Below are positions 52,168 through 64,000 of a stretch of DNA of 64,000 bases, piece after piece. Source of the stretch: Octopus sinensis (lineage: Eukaryota); NCBI RefSeq assembly GCF_006345805.1, contig NC_043000.1, forward strand, positions 15,438,001-15,502,000. Direction: 5' to 3'. The notes below the pieces were generated by a model. It searched no databases and was not told the origin of the DNA. It saw only the letters and a program-made list of their open reading frames with translations. The position numbers were made by a program, and so were the translations under genes. Position 1 is the first letter of the stretch. Each line of letters begins with the position of its first letter.

Positions 52168-52822
52168 CCAGTGGTTCTCAACTGGGGTCCATATAAAGTT
52201 TTGCAGTTAAAATTTATGAGTAATAAATTGGTTATACTTCTACAATACACAAAATATTTTAATAGTTTTCTTTATACAATTCCTAATAATATTTAATTAT
52301 CATCATCATCATCGTTTAATGTCCGCTTTCCATGCTAGCATGGGCTGGACGATTTGACTGAGGGCTGGCGAACCAGATGGCTGCACCAGGCTCCAATCTG
52401 ATCTGGCAGTGTTTCTACAGCTGGATGCCCTTCCTAACGCCAACCACTCCGAGAGTGTAGCGGGTGCTTTGACGTGCCACCGGCACGAGGGCCAGTCAGG
52501 CGGTACTGGCATCGGCCACACTCAAAGGGTGTTTTCTTATGTACCACCTGCACAGGAGCCAGTCTAGTGGCACTGACAACAACCTCGCTTGAATGTTTTT
52601 TCATGTGCTACCAGCACAAGTACCAGTAAGGCGACGCAGGTAACAATCACGCTCAAATGGTGTTTCTTTTCACGTGCCATTGGCATGGAGGCCAGCTTGT
52701 TGCTCTGGCAACAATATACAATAAAACTTTTTTTGATATACAGTATATGACTGGAGGTCCAGTAGAGTAAAATAGGAATTGAATGGATCTATAGGTTAAA
52801 AAATGGCTGAAAACTATTGCTA
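52168..52822. mobile_element. hAT-like MITE interrupted by an RTE 3' fragment
   Basis: cagtggttctcaac left end; degenerate ggctgaaaactattg right end. Confidence 0.4.
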
Positions 52823-54149
52823 TATACCTTTTAGAAAACTAGAAAACAGTTTCATTTCTCTGGAGAAGGGATTCTGAATAAAATGAAATTACACACACAC
52901 ACTCAACACATGTGCAATACACACATATGTGCACAAGTGTGTATGTGTGTGTATGTTTGTGTGTTTGTGTATGTATGTATGTATGCATATGTGAGTGTGT
53001 GTGTGTGTGTAATGAATTAATTGGTTGATGTGGCTGTTTAACTCTGGGTCAGGTTTAATTAAGCAAACCTGTGATCCAGCTATGGAGCAGCCATGAACAT
53101 TCCAGATTTTATTTTCAGCCACAAACATTCCATTTTATTTTCAGAGACACTGTGACATTCCATTTTATTCTCAGACACAGTGTAACATTCCATTTTATTT
53201 TCAAACACATTCCATTATATTTTTGAGACATTCCATTGTTTTGTTTTTTTCAAACATTCTGCTGTTTTGAAACAAAGTGTGACTAAAATCGCATTATCCA
53301 ATATGATCTACCAGTCTGGAACTAATATTTTGCTCAACATATCAGTCTCCTGGAAACCTGCTTAGAAACATGCAACAAGATACCATACTCTGAACATCTT
53401 GCCTGCCTGCGCTTTTAATTTTTTACTTATACATATGCAAACAATTGAATTTATTGAATTATTCTACTTCTTAATTACATAAGTATTCCACATTAAAATA
53501 CAAACCCAAAACCAAAGAAAATATAATCAGTTAAAAAGGAAGAAAACAAAATGAAAGAAAGCATCAATTCAACACTAAATGCATTGATTGGTCACACACC
53601 ACAAGACTCAGTGGAACCTACTGAAGCAAGCCAACATGCTCACAGCATTAATGCAGGTAATCGTGAGTCTAAGGTGTTGGAACAGCCAAGCACCTTCGTG
53701 GGTATCACCTGACACCTCAGTAAGGCAAGCCACCAACACTGACAAGAACTTAGCTGTCCAAATGTCTCAAATGCTATAAGCTGGAAGAAATGGTTTACCA
53801 ACAAGTCCTAATAAATAATAATAATAATGAAATTATTGTATACAGTGCTCAGGTGCACCGCAACTTGTCAAAAGTGCGTATAAAGTACATGCAGTAATGT
53901 ACAAATGTCTGGTAAGTGAATAGTGTATGAGTCAGATACATGCTTGCATGTGTATGGAGGGGAGAAAATCAGGTGTAGCGTTGGCGAATCTCTGGAAGCA
54001 TGGAAGTTTTGAAGGATGCAGTGCTCCGACAACTAACAACTGATGCCAGCAGTTTGTTCCACACTTCAGCAACTCTTAGCATGAAAAAATGTTTCCAAAA
54101 GTCATGGAAGACTTTATAAACATGTCCATGGGTGTTAGACAGGTGGAGT

Positions 54150-54660
54150 TTGAAAAGTTTAATACTTAAAGATTTTGTTCTTTTCGTCTATGGAAGCAGT
54201 AATCCTCCCATTTTTCACAGCATCCAAGATGTGAGAGAGAGAGCAAAGGTGTCACTGGCTGTGGCATCCTAAAGGGGCACCTACTTGTAATCCAGGGATG
54301 AAGGATAAGAACATCTGGTCTCCTCCTATCACTTCTGGATAATTCCACTGACTCCAGAACTGAGGGGATATCTACTTGAGCTATGACCTGCTTAATGATT
54401 AGGTTTAGCTAAGTGTAACAAGTGAAATGATCAGCATTTAGGTGGTAAGACAAACCATGAAAGCCTGTGGGGTCAAGGGCCTACTACAGCAACATTTCAG
54501 TCCTCCACAAATGTTGGATTTCACTCTGAATGCAATGGCGATGTGGAGCTCATCCGGACTGAGCAGACCCCTATTGTTAGCCACAAGCAGGGCATCAATC
54601 CTGTTCCCTGAGAATTGTGCACTTATGGAAAGTAGGTGACATCTTGAAAATCTATCAGAT
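54150..54660 (-). mobile_element. CRE-like RLE LINE remnant
   Basis: IAIAFRVKSNIC...CCC and LSRSDRRRPDVLILHPW, degenerate. Confidence 0.55.
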
Positions 54661-55289
54661 TAATCAAAGAGAGAGTTGAATGTGTCACTTGATTCTCAGT
54701 TTCCATTTATCCTCATCTATATCAAGAAGTGACAAACCCAGCTCTCTCTACTGTAGCATATACAAGTGAGATGTGATTCTCCAACTGTCAAAGTGAGCAG
54801 CACCCTGAATAAGAACTAGATAAATCATGGAAGCCTGTCTTATGCAGACATAGAAAACAGACATAAAAGGATTGTGATGAAGATACGCATAGAGGCGCAG
54901 GAATGGCTGTGTGGTAAGTAGCTTGCTTACCAACTTCATGGTTCCAGGTTCATTCCTACTGTGTGGCACCTTGGGCAAGTGTCTTCTACTATAGCCTCGG
55001 GCCAACCAAAGCCTTGTGAGTGGATTTGGTAGATGGAAACTGAAAAAAGTATATGTGTGTGTGTGTGTGTGTGTTTGTCCTCCCGCCATCACTTGACAAC
55101 CGATGTTGGCGTGTTCACGTCCCTGTAATTTAGCAGTTTGGCAAAAGAGACCAATAGAATAGGTACTAGACTTACAAAGAATAAGGACTGGGGTTGATTT
55201 GTTCGACTAAAGGCAGTGCTCCAGCATGGCCGCAGTCAAATGACTGAAACAAATAAAATTAAAAAAAGTCACACACACACACATACACC

Positions 55290-57480
55290 CCCCCTCTACT
55301 TACAAATACACTGGGTCTAGATTTACTTTCCATCCTCCTCTCCTGGGTCAACACATACCAGTGATACGCTGGAGTAAATTCATTAGCTTTAATGTCCTCA
55401 CCACCACCACCACCACCACTTATAAAACAGGTAATATACCCTTTAAAAAAAAAATCAATATTTATGTTACCAGTCAGTAACTATTTTCTGAATTCGTTTA
55501 GCGAAGCTTCAGACACCAAATAAAATGAAAATGCACCGAAGAATTTTGAAAGAATTTATCAAGCATACAAGAAATTCCAAACAGTTGTTTTAAATCACAT
55601 ACATTTCATATATAAAAAAAAAAGGAAAAAGAAATGCTTTGGTTATTAAGCAGAAAGCTAACAACTCCAAATAAATATTGTATTAATCCTAAGTAAAGAT
55701 TGTCCTTAAATTACTTTGGAAATGATTTTTTTTAGTGCTTTTTGTGTCATTCGCTTCTTGGGCTATTTTCTGTTCTGATGTTGTAGGTTTATTTCTGTTG
55801 TTAAACATACACATCGCAAACCAGAAATACTTGCTCTACATTAAACAGAACACATCTCAAGCAATCAAGGGAAAGTCCCGAGGGCCAGTCAATCTGCTAA
55901 AAATAGCAGTTAAATCTATCTCTTCCAAATTACACCATGCCATCTTACAAATGATTGATGATGATGATGACGACAACTATGTCGACAACACTGCTGCTGC
56001 TGCTGCTGCTGGTGTTGATGATGGTGATGATGATGATATGATGATGATGATGATCTGGTTTATTATTTTATCATTTTCTAACTTCTTATCTGTTTAAATA
56101 GGAAAGCCCAATAAAATCTTGTATTTCTCCGACTGAAGCACTCTTTCAACGTGATAGTCATGCAAAGTATTTCCAGTTTCAAATCCCCCATTCCTGATAA
56201 AGCTTCTAGTGCAAAACTTTTACAACGTGGCAGCTCCGTTGTGTGACTTTTAGAGGCCCCCGGCAACTTTTTGTTTTGAAGCCCCATCCCTTCAATCAAA
56301 ATTCATAAACTATGTACCTTTCATTCATAGCTATAATTTACTTTATTCTACCTGAAGTTCAATATTTCACACTATCCCGAAGAACATCTTTAAAAGTACA
56401 ACAAATTAAATTTATTTATGTTTATTACAAATTTCAGTAAGTAAAACTTCCAGATATGAATAAAAGAGCACTTTTATAATCCAGGTAACTTTCAGACATA
56501 CACAGTGCTCTTTTCGCTTCGCGAATCATTGATCAGTTCAGATTAATCAAGCTGAGAGCTAAGTTTTGTCTTCAATAGATATTGTAGACAATCTACAAAG
56601 TCTGGTATACATACATGGTAAATTGTAATATTTTTACAAGAACTTTTGCAGGTACAATGTATTACCATTTTATTTCTTGAAATTTTCAGTTAATATAGTT
56701 TAATTCTTGTTCAACATCTTAACCAAAGTAAATAAATGACTCATCTGTGTACTTTGATCTTAACATGGGGCCCCTCAACCATGGAGGTCTCCTGCGACCG
56801 CAGGGGTTGCAGGGGCTTAACGACGGCCCTGCAAATTGGTAATGCCTCCATTCCTTACATTCTCCTTGTGCCAACTTGGGACATTCTGCAACAATGGGTG
56901 CCACTGTTTCATCCCAAATTCCACACACTCCACATTTTGCTGACATTTTCTCTCCAAACATATATTTTCTCAATATGATGTAAATAAAGAAGATGAGAAA
57001 ATTTTTTAAAATGTAATCCCTTAAAATTTGAGATTGTGTAAATTTGGAATATGAAAACTGTAAATGTTGTGCCTATAGTCATTGATGCATTAGGAACTGA
57101 GAATAATGATATAGATAAATGATTGAAGGAGACTGGAATGGAATGTTCTGTAGAACCTCTACAGAGAGTTGTATGCTTGAAAAATTCTTTGAAAATTCTT
57201 TAGTAAAAGGGGGAAAAAATGCATTTCCATTTTATTTGGGGTCTGAAGCCTTGTTGAAAGAGTTCAGAAAATAATTACTGACTGATAACATAAATATGGA
57301 TTTTTTTTTTTAAAGGGTATATTACCTGTTTTATAAGTGGTGGTGGTGGTGGTGGTGGTGGTGGTGGTAGCGAGGACATTAAAGCTAATGAATTTACTCC
57401 AGCATATCACTGGTATGTGTTGACCTCAGGAGAGGAGGATGGAAAGTAAATCTTGACACAGTATGTAAGTAGAGAGATGT
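55290..57480. repeat. Inverted duplication of about 165 bp (55290-55455 / 57298-57480)
   Basis: Reverse-complement match including the (GGT)n tract and poly-T. Confidence 0.8.
56100..57200. mobile_element. Rearranged R4-like LINE remnants
   Basis: Minus strand: CGVCGIWDETVAPIVAECPKLAQ (56820-56973) and RVLQSEKYKILLGF (about 56100-56170). Plus strand: WNMKTVNVVPIVIDALGT (about 57040-57200). Confidence 0.6.
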
Positions 57481-57857
57481 GTGCCCCTATGATAGCAGAT
57501 TTGATACCAAAGAAATTGAAAAAAAAATTGAAAAATATCAGAATCAAGCTAGAGAGCTTAAATGACTGTGAAAGACCAAAGCAGCAATTATTCCTGAGAT
57601 AATTGGTGCACTTGGCACAACACCGAAAATGCTATCCAAAAGACTGGAAGAGATTGGATTTGAAACTCACTTTGGTACTTAATTTATCGACCACAACTGG
57701 TACTTAATTTATCGACCCCAAAAGAATGAAAAGCAAAGTTGACCTCAGCAGAATTTGAACACAGAATATAACGACAAACAAAATACCACTAAGCATTTTG
57801 TCCGGCATGTTAATGTTTCTGCCAGCTCGCCATCTTAGAACAATAATAATAATAATA

Positions 57858-58222
57858 AAACAAGAGCACTCAGAAAGTGCAAACTTCTGCCAAGGCAACA
57901 TCAACATCCTCTCAACGATTACCCAGAGATGATTTTTAAAATGAGAATATCTGAAATAAACTCGACTGCTCTCACAAATGAGAATACTAAAAATGAACCC
58001 AACTGCTCTCAAAAATTAAGTTTAAAAAATTGAAAAATTATCCAGAATCCTTGTCCGTTATTGGATCAATTCCAAAATCTAATCAGTTCGTGCCAGTCAT
58101 GAGACCAAACATCCCTGTAAGTTTCATCCAAATCCATCCAGCAGTTCTTGAGATATCTTGTCCATAAACAAACAAACATGACTGAAAACAATACCTTTGC
58201 CTTCGCTAAGGTAGAGGTAATG
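57858..58222 (+). mobile_element. Non-autonomous Helentron-type (HINE) element
   Basis: aacaagagcactcag start, (AAAC)n, terminal hairpin acctttgccttcgctaaggtagaggt. Confidence 0.5.
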
Positions 58223-58237
58223 AGAATAAAAATACAC

Positions 58238-58645
58238 AGGCGCAGGAGTGGCTGTGTGGTAAGTAGCTTGTTTACCAACCACATGGTTCTGGGTTCAGTC
58301 CCACTGCGTGGCACCTTGGGCAAGTATTTTCTACTATAGCCTCGGGCCGACCAAAGCCTTGTGAGTGGATTTGGTAGACGGAAACTGAAAGAAGCCCGTC
58401 GTATATATGTATATATATATATGCATGTGTGTGTTTGTGTGTCTGTGTTTGTCCCCCTAGCATTGCTTGACAACCGATGCTGGTGTGTTTATGTCTCCGT
58501 TACTTAACGGTTCAGCAAAAGAGACCGATAGAATAAGTACTGGGCTTACAAAAGAATAAGTCCCGGGGTCGAGTTGCTCGATTAAAGGCTGTGCTCCAGC
58601 ATGGCCGCAGTCAAATGACTGAAACAAGTAAAAGAGTAAAAGAGT
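58238..58645 (+). mobile_element. SINE family A, full-length copy
   Basis: Starts ggcgcaggagtggctgtgtgg, ends gtaaaagagtaaaagag. Confidence 0.85.
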
Positions 58646-59067
58646 ATTAAATGAAATAAAAGACATATAATTACAACTGGAATGTCTTTAATCATATGTC
58701 TGCTTGATTAGGACCAACTTGGGAGTAAGCAATAACAGCTTTATTCTCTACTGTAATATTTGATTGGGGTCAGTAATGATATCAAAGTTTTTCCACAATC
58801 CTCTTCATAGTTTTGTATTTTGTTGATGTCTTCCTTGTTTTTTGTGTTTTTTTTAGATACAGTATGTTTCACTATTCTGCATAGGTGCAAACATGAGCAT
58901 GTGGTTAAGAAGCTCACTTTGCAACCGTGTGGTTTCAGGTTCAGTTTCACTGTGTGGCACCTTGGCCCCCAAACCAACCAATGCTTTGTGAGTGAATTTG
59001 GTAGATGGAAAATGTGTGGAAGCCTGCTATGTGTGTGTGTGTGTGTGTATGTGTGTGTGTATGTGTC

Positions 59068-59169
<102 letters not shown>

Positions 59170-60208
59170 TGTGTCTGTGTGTCTGTGTGTCTGTGTGTGT
59201 GCAAGAGTGTGTCTTTGTGTTTGTGCTTCTCCATTCCCTGAAATTTAACAGCCAATGTTGATTTGTTTAAATTCCTGTAACTTAGCAGTTTGGCACAAGA
59301 GACTGATAAAATAAATATCAGACTTTAAAAAAAACAGTGTTTTGAAGGGTTTCAACTTAACAATACAAACACACACACACACACGAACGTACACACACAC
59401 ACATAAACGCACACACCTGCTATTTCTAGTGAGTCAAACAATAGTGAAGAGGTTCTCTTGCTGGCTCATATCTCATTCAGTGTTAGATGAAGGCGGCTTC
59501 AATGACTCCAAAATTGGGAGACTCAGAGTCACTGATGTTTGTTGGCTGAGTGTCAGGTGTTAACGATACATATTAGGTTGTTTGATTGATAAAGGAAGCA
59601 GGTGTTTATGATACACATTCCAGTTTTCCGTAACATAGGGAAGCATCAGGAATATAATTATTTATTTATTTACTACCCACAAGGGGCTAAACACAGAGGG
59701 GACAAACAAAGACAGACAAAGGGATTAAGTCGATTCCATCGACCCCAGTGCGTAACTTGTACTTAATTTATCGACCCCGAAAGGATGAAAGGCAAAGTCG
59801 ACCTCTGCGGAATTTGAACTCAGAACGTAACGGCAGACGAAATACTATTTCTTTACTACCCACAAGGGGCTAAACACAGAGGGGACAAACAAGGACAGAC
59901 AAAGGGATTAAGTCGATTCCATCAACCCCAGTGCGTAACTTGTACTTAATTTATTGACCCCAAAAGGATGAAAGGCAAAGTCGACCTCGGCGGAATTTGA
60001 ACTCAGAGCGTAACGGCAGACGAAATACGGCTACGCATTTCGCCCGGCATGCTAACGTTTCTGCCAGCTCGCCGCCTTATAGGAATATAATTATTAAGGT
60101 GGTGAGAATAGGTGATGTGATATAGAGGCTTGGACTGGATGAGTGGACAAGACAGAGGTGACTGTGGAAAATGATGGAGTGAAAAATGATTTGTACACAC
60201 AAGATATA

Positions 60209-60243
<35 letters not shown>

Positions 60244-60970
60244 GTGTGTGTGTGTGTGTCCTTTACAAGGAGGAAGAATCCTTAACTCAAGAGTTGCTGC
60301 AATGGGAAGCAGAACATCAAGTTACTGAGTTATCGTCAGACTGGAGAACTGACTAAGACAAGTGCTTGCTGTAGAACAAACTCTACTTATGTCGTTAAAG
60401 GGACAGGTGACAGTGTTAAAATGGGCAACTGGTTAGGTCAAGCCTATGATATTACCATCAGCACCTGATGTGTACATAGTTCACCAAACACTTCTCATGA
60501 AACACCTGCACCTGTTCCAAGCCTATGAAACTAATGTCTACACCTGATATGTACATTGTTCACTTAACACCTGGACCTAAGATGTCTACTCAAAATTTAA
60601 TTAATAAAATAAAGAACGACTACCTGGTTCAATTCTCATCTCAGACGTTGAAATTGTATCAAAATTTGATATGGCTTTGATAACAGAATTATCTTTCAAA
60701 GTTAGTTTGGATTAGAGTCCTTTTTTTTTATTATTTTAAGAAAGGTATTCAATGATTTTTAAAGATTAGCAATGTTTGAAGGATAAATCTTGACATATGA
60801 TGGTTAGAATAATTGTCAGAAAACTGACTCTCGTGAACAAAGATACAGTGTACAGTGTAAAACTGTACACTGTATCTTTACACTGTAATCCAAAGACATT
60901 CAATATACATTGTGGTGTGGTGGTGGCGATGACAATGACAACTACGATGATGAAGACAACAATGATGACA

Positions 60971-61003
<33 letters not shown>

Positions 61004-62913
61004 CATTCCATGCTGGCATGAGTTGGATGGTTTGACAAGGAGCTGGCTAACAGGAAGCTGACCAGACTCCAACTGTCTGTTGTGGCATGGTTTCTACAGC
61101 AGGATGCCTTTCCTAATGCAAACCACTTGACAGAGTGTAGGCGCAGGAGTGGCTGTGTGGTAAGTAGCTTGCTAACCAACCACATGGTTCTGGGTTCAGT
61201 CCCACTGCGTGACATCTTGGGCTGGTGTCTTCTGCTATAGCCTCGGGCCGACCAAAGCCTTGTGAGTGGATTTGGTAGATGGAAACTGAAAGAAGCCTGT
61301 CGTATATATGTATATATATGTATATGTATGTGTGTGTATATGTTTGTGTGTTTGTGTTTGTCCCCCTAGCATTGCTTGACAACCGATGCTGGTGTGTTTA
61401 TGTTCCCGTTACTTAGCGGTTCGGCAAAAGAGACCGATAGAATAAGTACTGGGCTTACAAAAGAATAAGTCCTGGGGTCGAATTTCTCAATTAAATGTGG
61501 TGCTTCAGCATGGCCGCAGTCAAATGACTGAAACAAGTAAAAGAGTAAATAGAGAGAGTGTACTGGGTGTTTTTTATGTGCCACCAGCATGAGTGTGTTT
61601 ATGCAACACCGGCACAGGTGCCTTTTAAATGGCACTGGCACCTGAAAGCCTGTATGTGTGGAAGGCCACAATTTCACTGAGTGGTTAGTCACTACAATTG
61701 TTAGTATTTGCAGTTTCTAGACATCACAGTTAATAGATATCATACATAGATAAGGCGGTGAGCTGGCAGAAACGTTAGCACGCTGAACGTAATGCTTAGC
61801 AGTATTTCGTCTGTCGCTACGCTCTGAGTTCAAATTCCGCCAAGGTCAACTTTGCCTTTCATCCTTTCGGGGTCGATACCAGTTATGCACTGAGGTCGAT
61901 ATAATCGACTTAATCCGTTTGTCCATCCTTGTTTGTCCCCTCTGTGTGTAGCCCCTTGTGGGCAGTAAAGAAATAAGATATCATAGATAGTGTGGTTGCT
62001 TAGTGTTGACTTATGATCAAAAGCATTCCAGCTGTGACCACCTGGCATTTTTTTAGACATAGTCTGTCAAGGATTACACTATTTAATGTGTCTTACGAAC
62101 ATAGTATATCTTCTTCTTCTTGTAAATGTGCCCTTTTAAAGCCTAGCCAGGTTCATGGGCCCAGTTTCCTGGTTTCTATGGCATATGTGCTCCCCAGCTG
62201 GACGGGACGCCAGTCCATTGCAGCGTTACTCATTTTTGCCAGCTGAGTGGACTGGAGCAACATGAAATGAAGTGTTTTGCTCAAGAACACAACGCATCGC
62301 CCGGTCCAGGAATCAAAACCATAATCTTACAATCATGATGCTGATACCATAACCACTAAGCCACGTGCCTCCACATAGTTTATCTTGAGCTACATTACTT
62401 AATATCTTTCAAACAGTCTCTTTAGGACTACAGTCTTTAAGGTATATTTCAGTGATAGTCTGTCTAGGACTAGATTATTTAATGTGTTCTACAGACATGG
62501 TGTACCTAAGATTATATGATTCAGTGAATCCTATTTTTTTTAAATAGTAGGGTGTGCTTTGAGGAAGATTTCACATCTATTTCTAGCAGGCTAAACAACA
62601 GCATAGAGCAAGTGTTCCCAACATGAATGTTAGGATTGTAAGATTGTAAGATGGTATTTTAGTTGCTGCAACAAAGAAGGAAAATATATACTTTATTAAA
62701 ATCACTTTACACTATAGAATTATCAACGAGCTCTTAGAATATATTTATTCTATTAAGCACTCCAAGAACTTTGTTTTCCTGTATCTGTAGACTCAACCCT
62801 TTAACAGCAGAGCACATCAACTGATGATCTGCAAAACATCTCATCCTATGGGTTTCATTTACTCTTTTACTCTTTTACTTGTTTCAGTCATTTGACTGTA
62901 GCCATGCTGGTGC

Positions 62914-63899
62914 ACTGCTAAGTTATGGGGACATAAACAAACCAGCACCTGTTGTCAAGCTGTGGTGGTGGTGAGGGGAACAAACATGGGACACACATAT
63001 ATATACATGCATATATATATTTCTTTACTGCCCACAAGGGGCTAGACATAGAGGGGACAAACAAGGACAGACAAAGGGATTAAGTTGATTACATCGACCC
63101 CAGTGCGAAACTGCTACTTTTTTAATCAACCCCGAAAAGATGAAAGGCAAAGTTGACCTCAGCGGAATTTGAACTCAGAACATAACGACAGACGAAATAC
63201 CGCTAAGCATCTCACCTGGCACGCTAACGTTTCTGCCAGCATATATGCATGCACATATATGAAAGGCTTCTTTCAGTTTCTGTCAACTGAATTCACTCAC
63301 AAGGCTTTGATCCGTCTGAGGCTAAATAGTAGAAGACACTTGCTCAAGGTGCCATGCAGTGGGACTCAATCCTGAACTATGTGGTTGGAAAGCAAGTTTC
63401 TTACCACATAGCTACACCTGTGTTGTTAATTAATATTAGTTATCTATTGTTATTATGTGTTATTTATTGCTATTAATTACCTGTAGTTATCTAATAATAG
63501 TTATAAGTATTTAACAAGTATTCTTTGTATCTACTAACTATAACAGCTAACAACTGCAGTAAGTTATAATATCCAACTAGAGAACCTCCATGCCAGTGGT
63601 TTACAACCTTTTCTATATCCTGCACATCTACATAATTTTTTAATTCATTTTGGCACCCCCTACAGAGTAATATCTTCATTTGAAGATGAAGGAGTCAATT
63701 TTTTAATAGATAATTAATTTTGTTTTTAATTAAACCCTTTGTCTGTCCTTGTTTGTCCCCTCTATGTCTAGCCCCTTGTGGGCAGTAAAGAAATATATAT
63801 ATGCATGTATATATATGTGTGTCCCATGTTTGTTCCCCTCACCACCACCACAGCTTGACAACAGGTGCTGGTTTGTTTATGTCCCCATAACTTAGCAGT
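62914..63899. repeat. Exact 165-bp inverted duplication (62914-63078 / 63735-63899)
   Basis: Reverse-complement identity across a SINE A/SINE B junction. Confidence 0.85.
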
Positions 63900-64000
63900 T
63901 CAGCAAAAGAAACCAATAGAATAAGCACCAGGCTTTAAAAAAATAAGTCCTGGGGTCAATTCATTCAAATAAAAATTCTTCAAGGCAATGCCCCAACATG

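Overview
AT-rich, microsatellite- and SINE-dense eukaryotic DNA. The repeat content looks like a coleoid cephalopod, probably Octopus (inference, not verifiable here). The one host gene I can support is on the minus strand, hidden as small exons that the ORF track mostly misses. Eight exons from 39609 down to 2860 splice in phase with no stop (1193 nt, about 397 aa, no leader exon found). They encode two 10-cysteine Ly6/uPAR (LU, three-finger) domains joined by an acidic/basic, Trp- and Asn-rich linker of about 170 aa, followed by a hydrophobic GPI-signal-like tail. A second GPI-signal-like terminal exon (28994-29079) follows the first LU domain. The locus is therefore either one gene with short (1 LU) and long (2 LU) isoforms or two tandem paralogues that can fuse by splicing. 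The final exon is itself tandemly duplicated, apparently by recombination between two SINE copies. The introns hold a 5'-truncated, disabled RTE LINE with a PHD-like finger; remnants of HERO-like, R4/Dong-like, CRE-like, CR1 and other RTE LINEs; four tRNA-derived SINE families; MITE/HINE-type DNA elements; minimal hammerhead-ribozyme motifs in palindromic Penelope-type repeats; and several locus-specific tandem and inverted duplications. Repeat boundaries are approximate; exon boundaries were read base by base.
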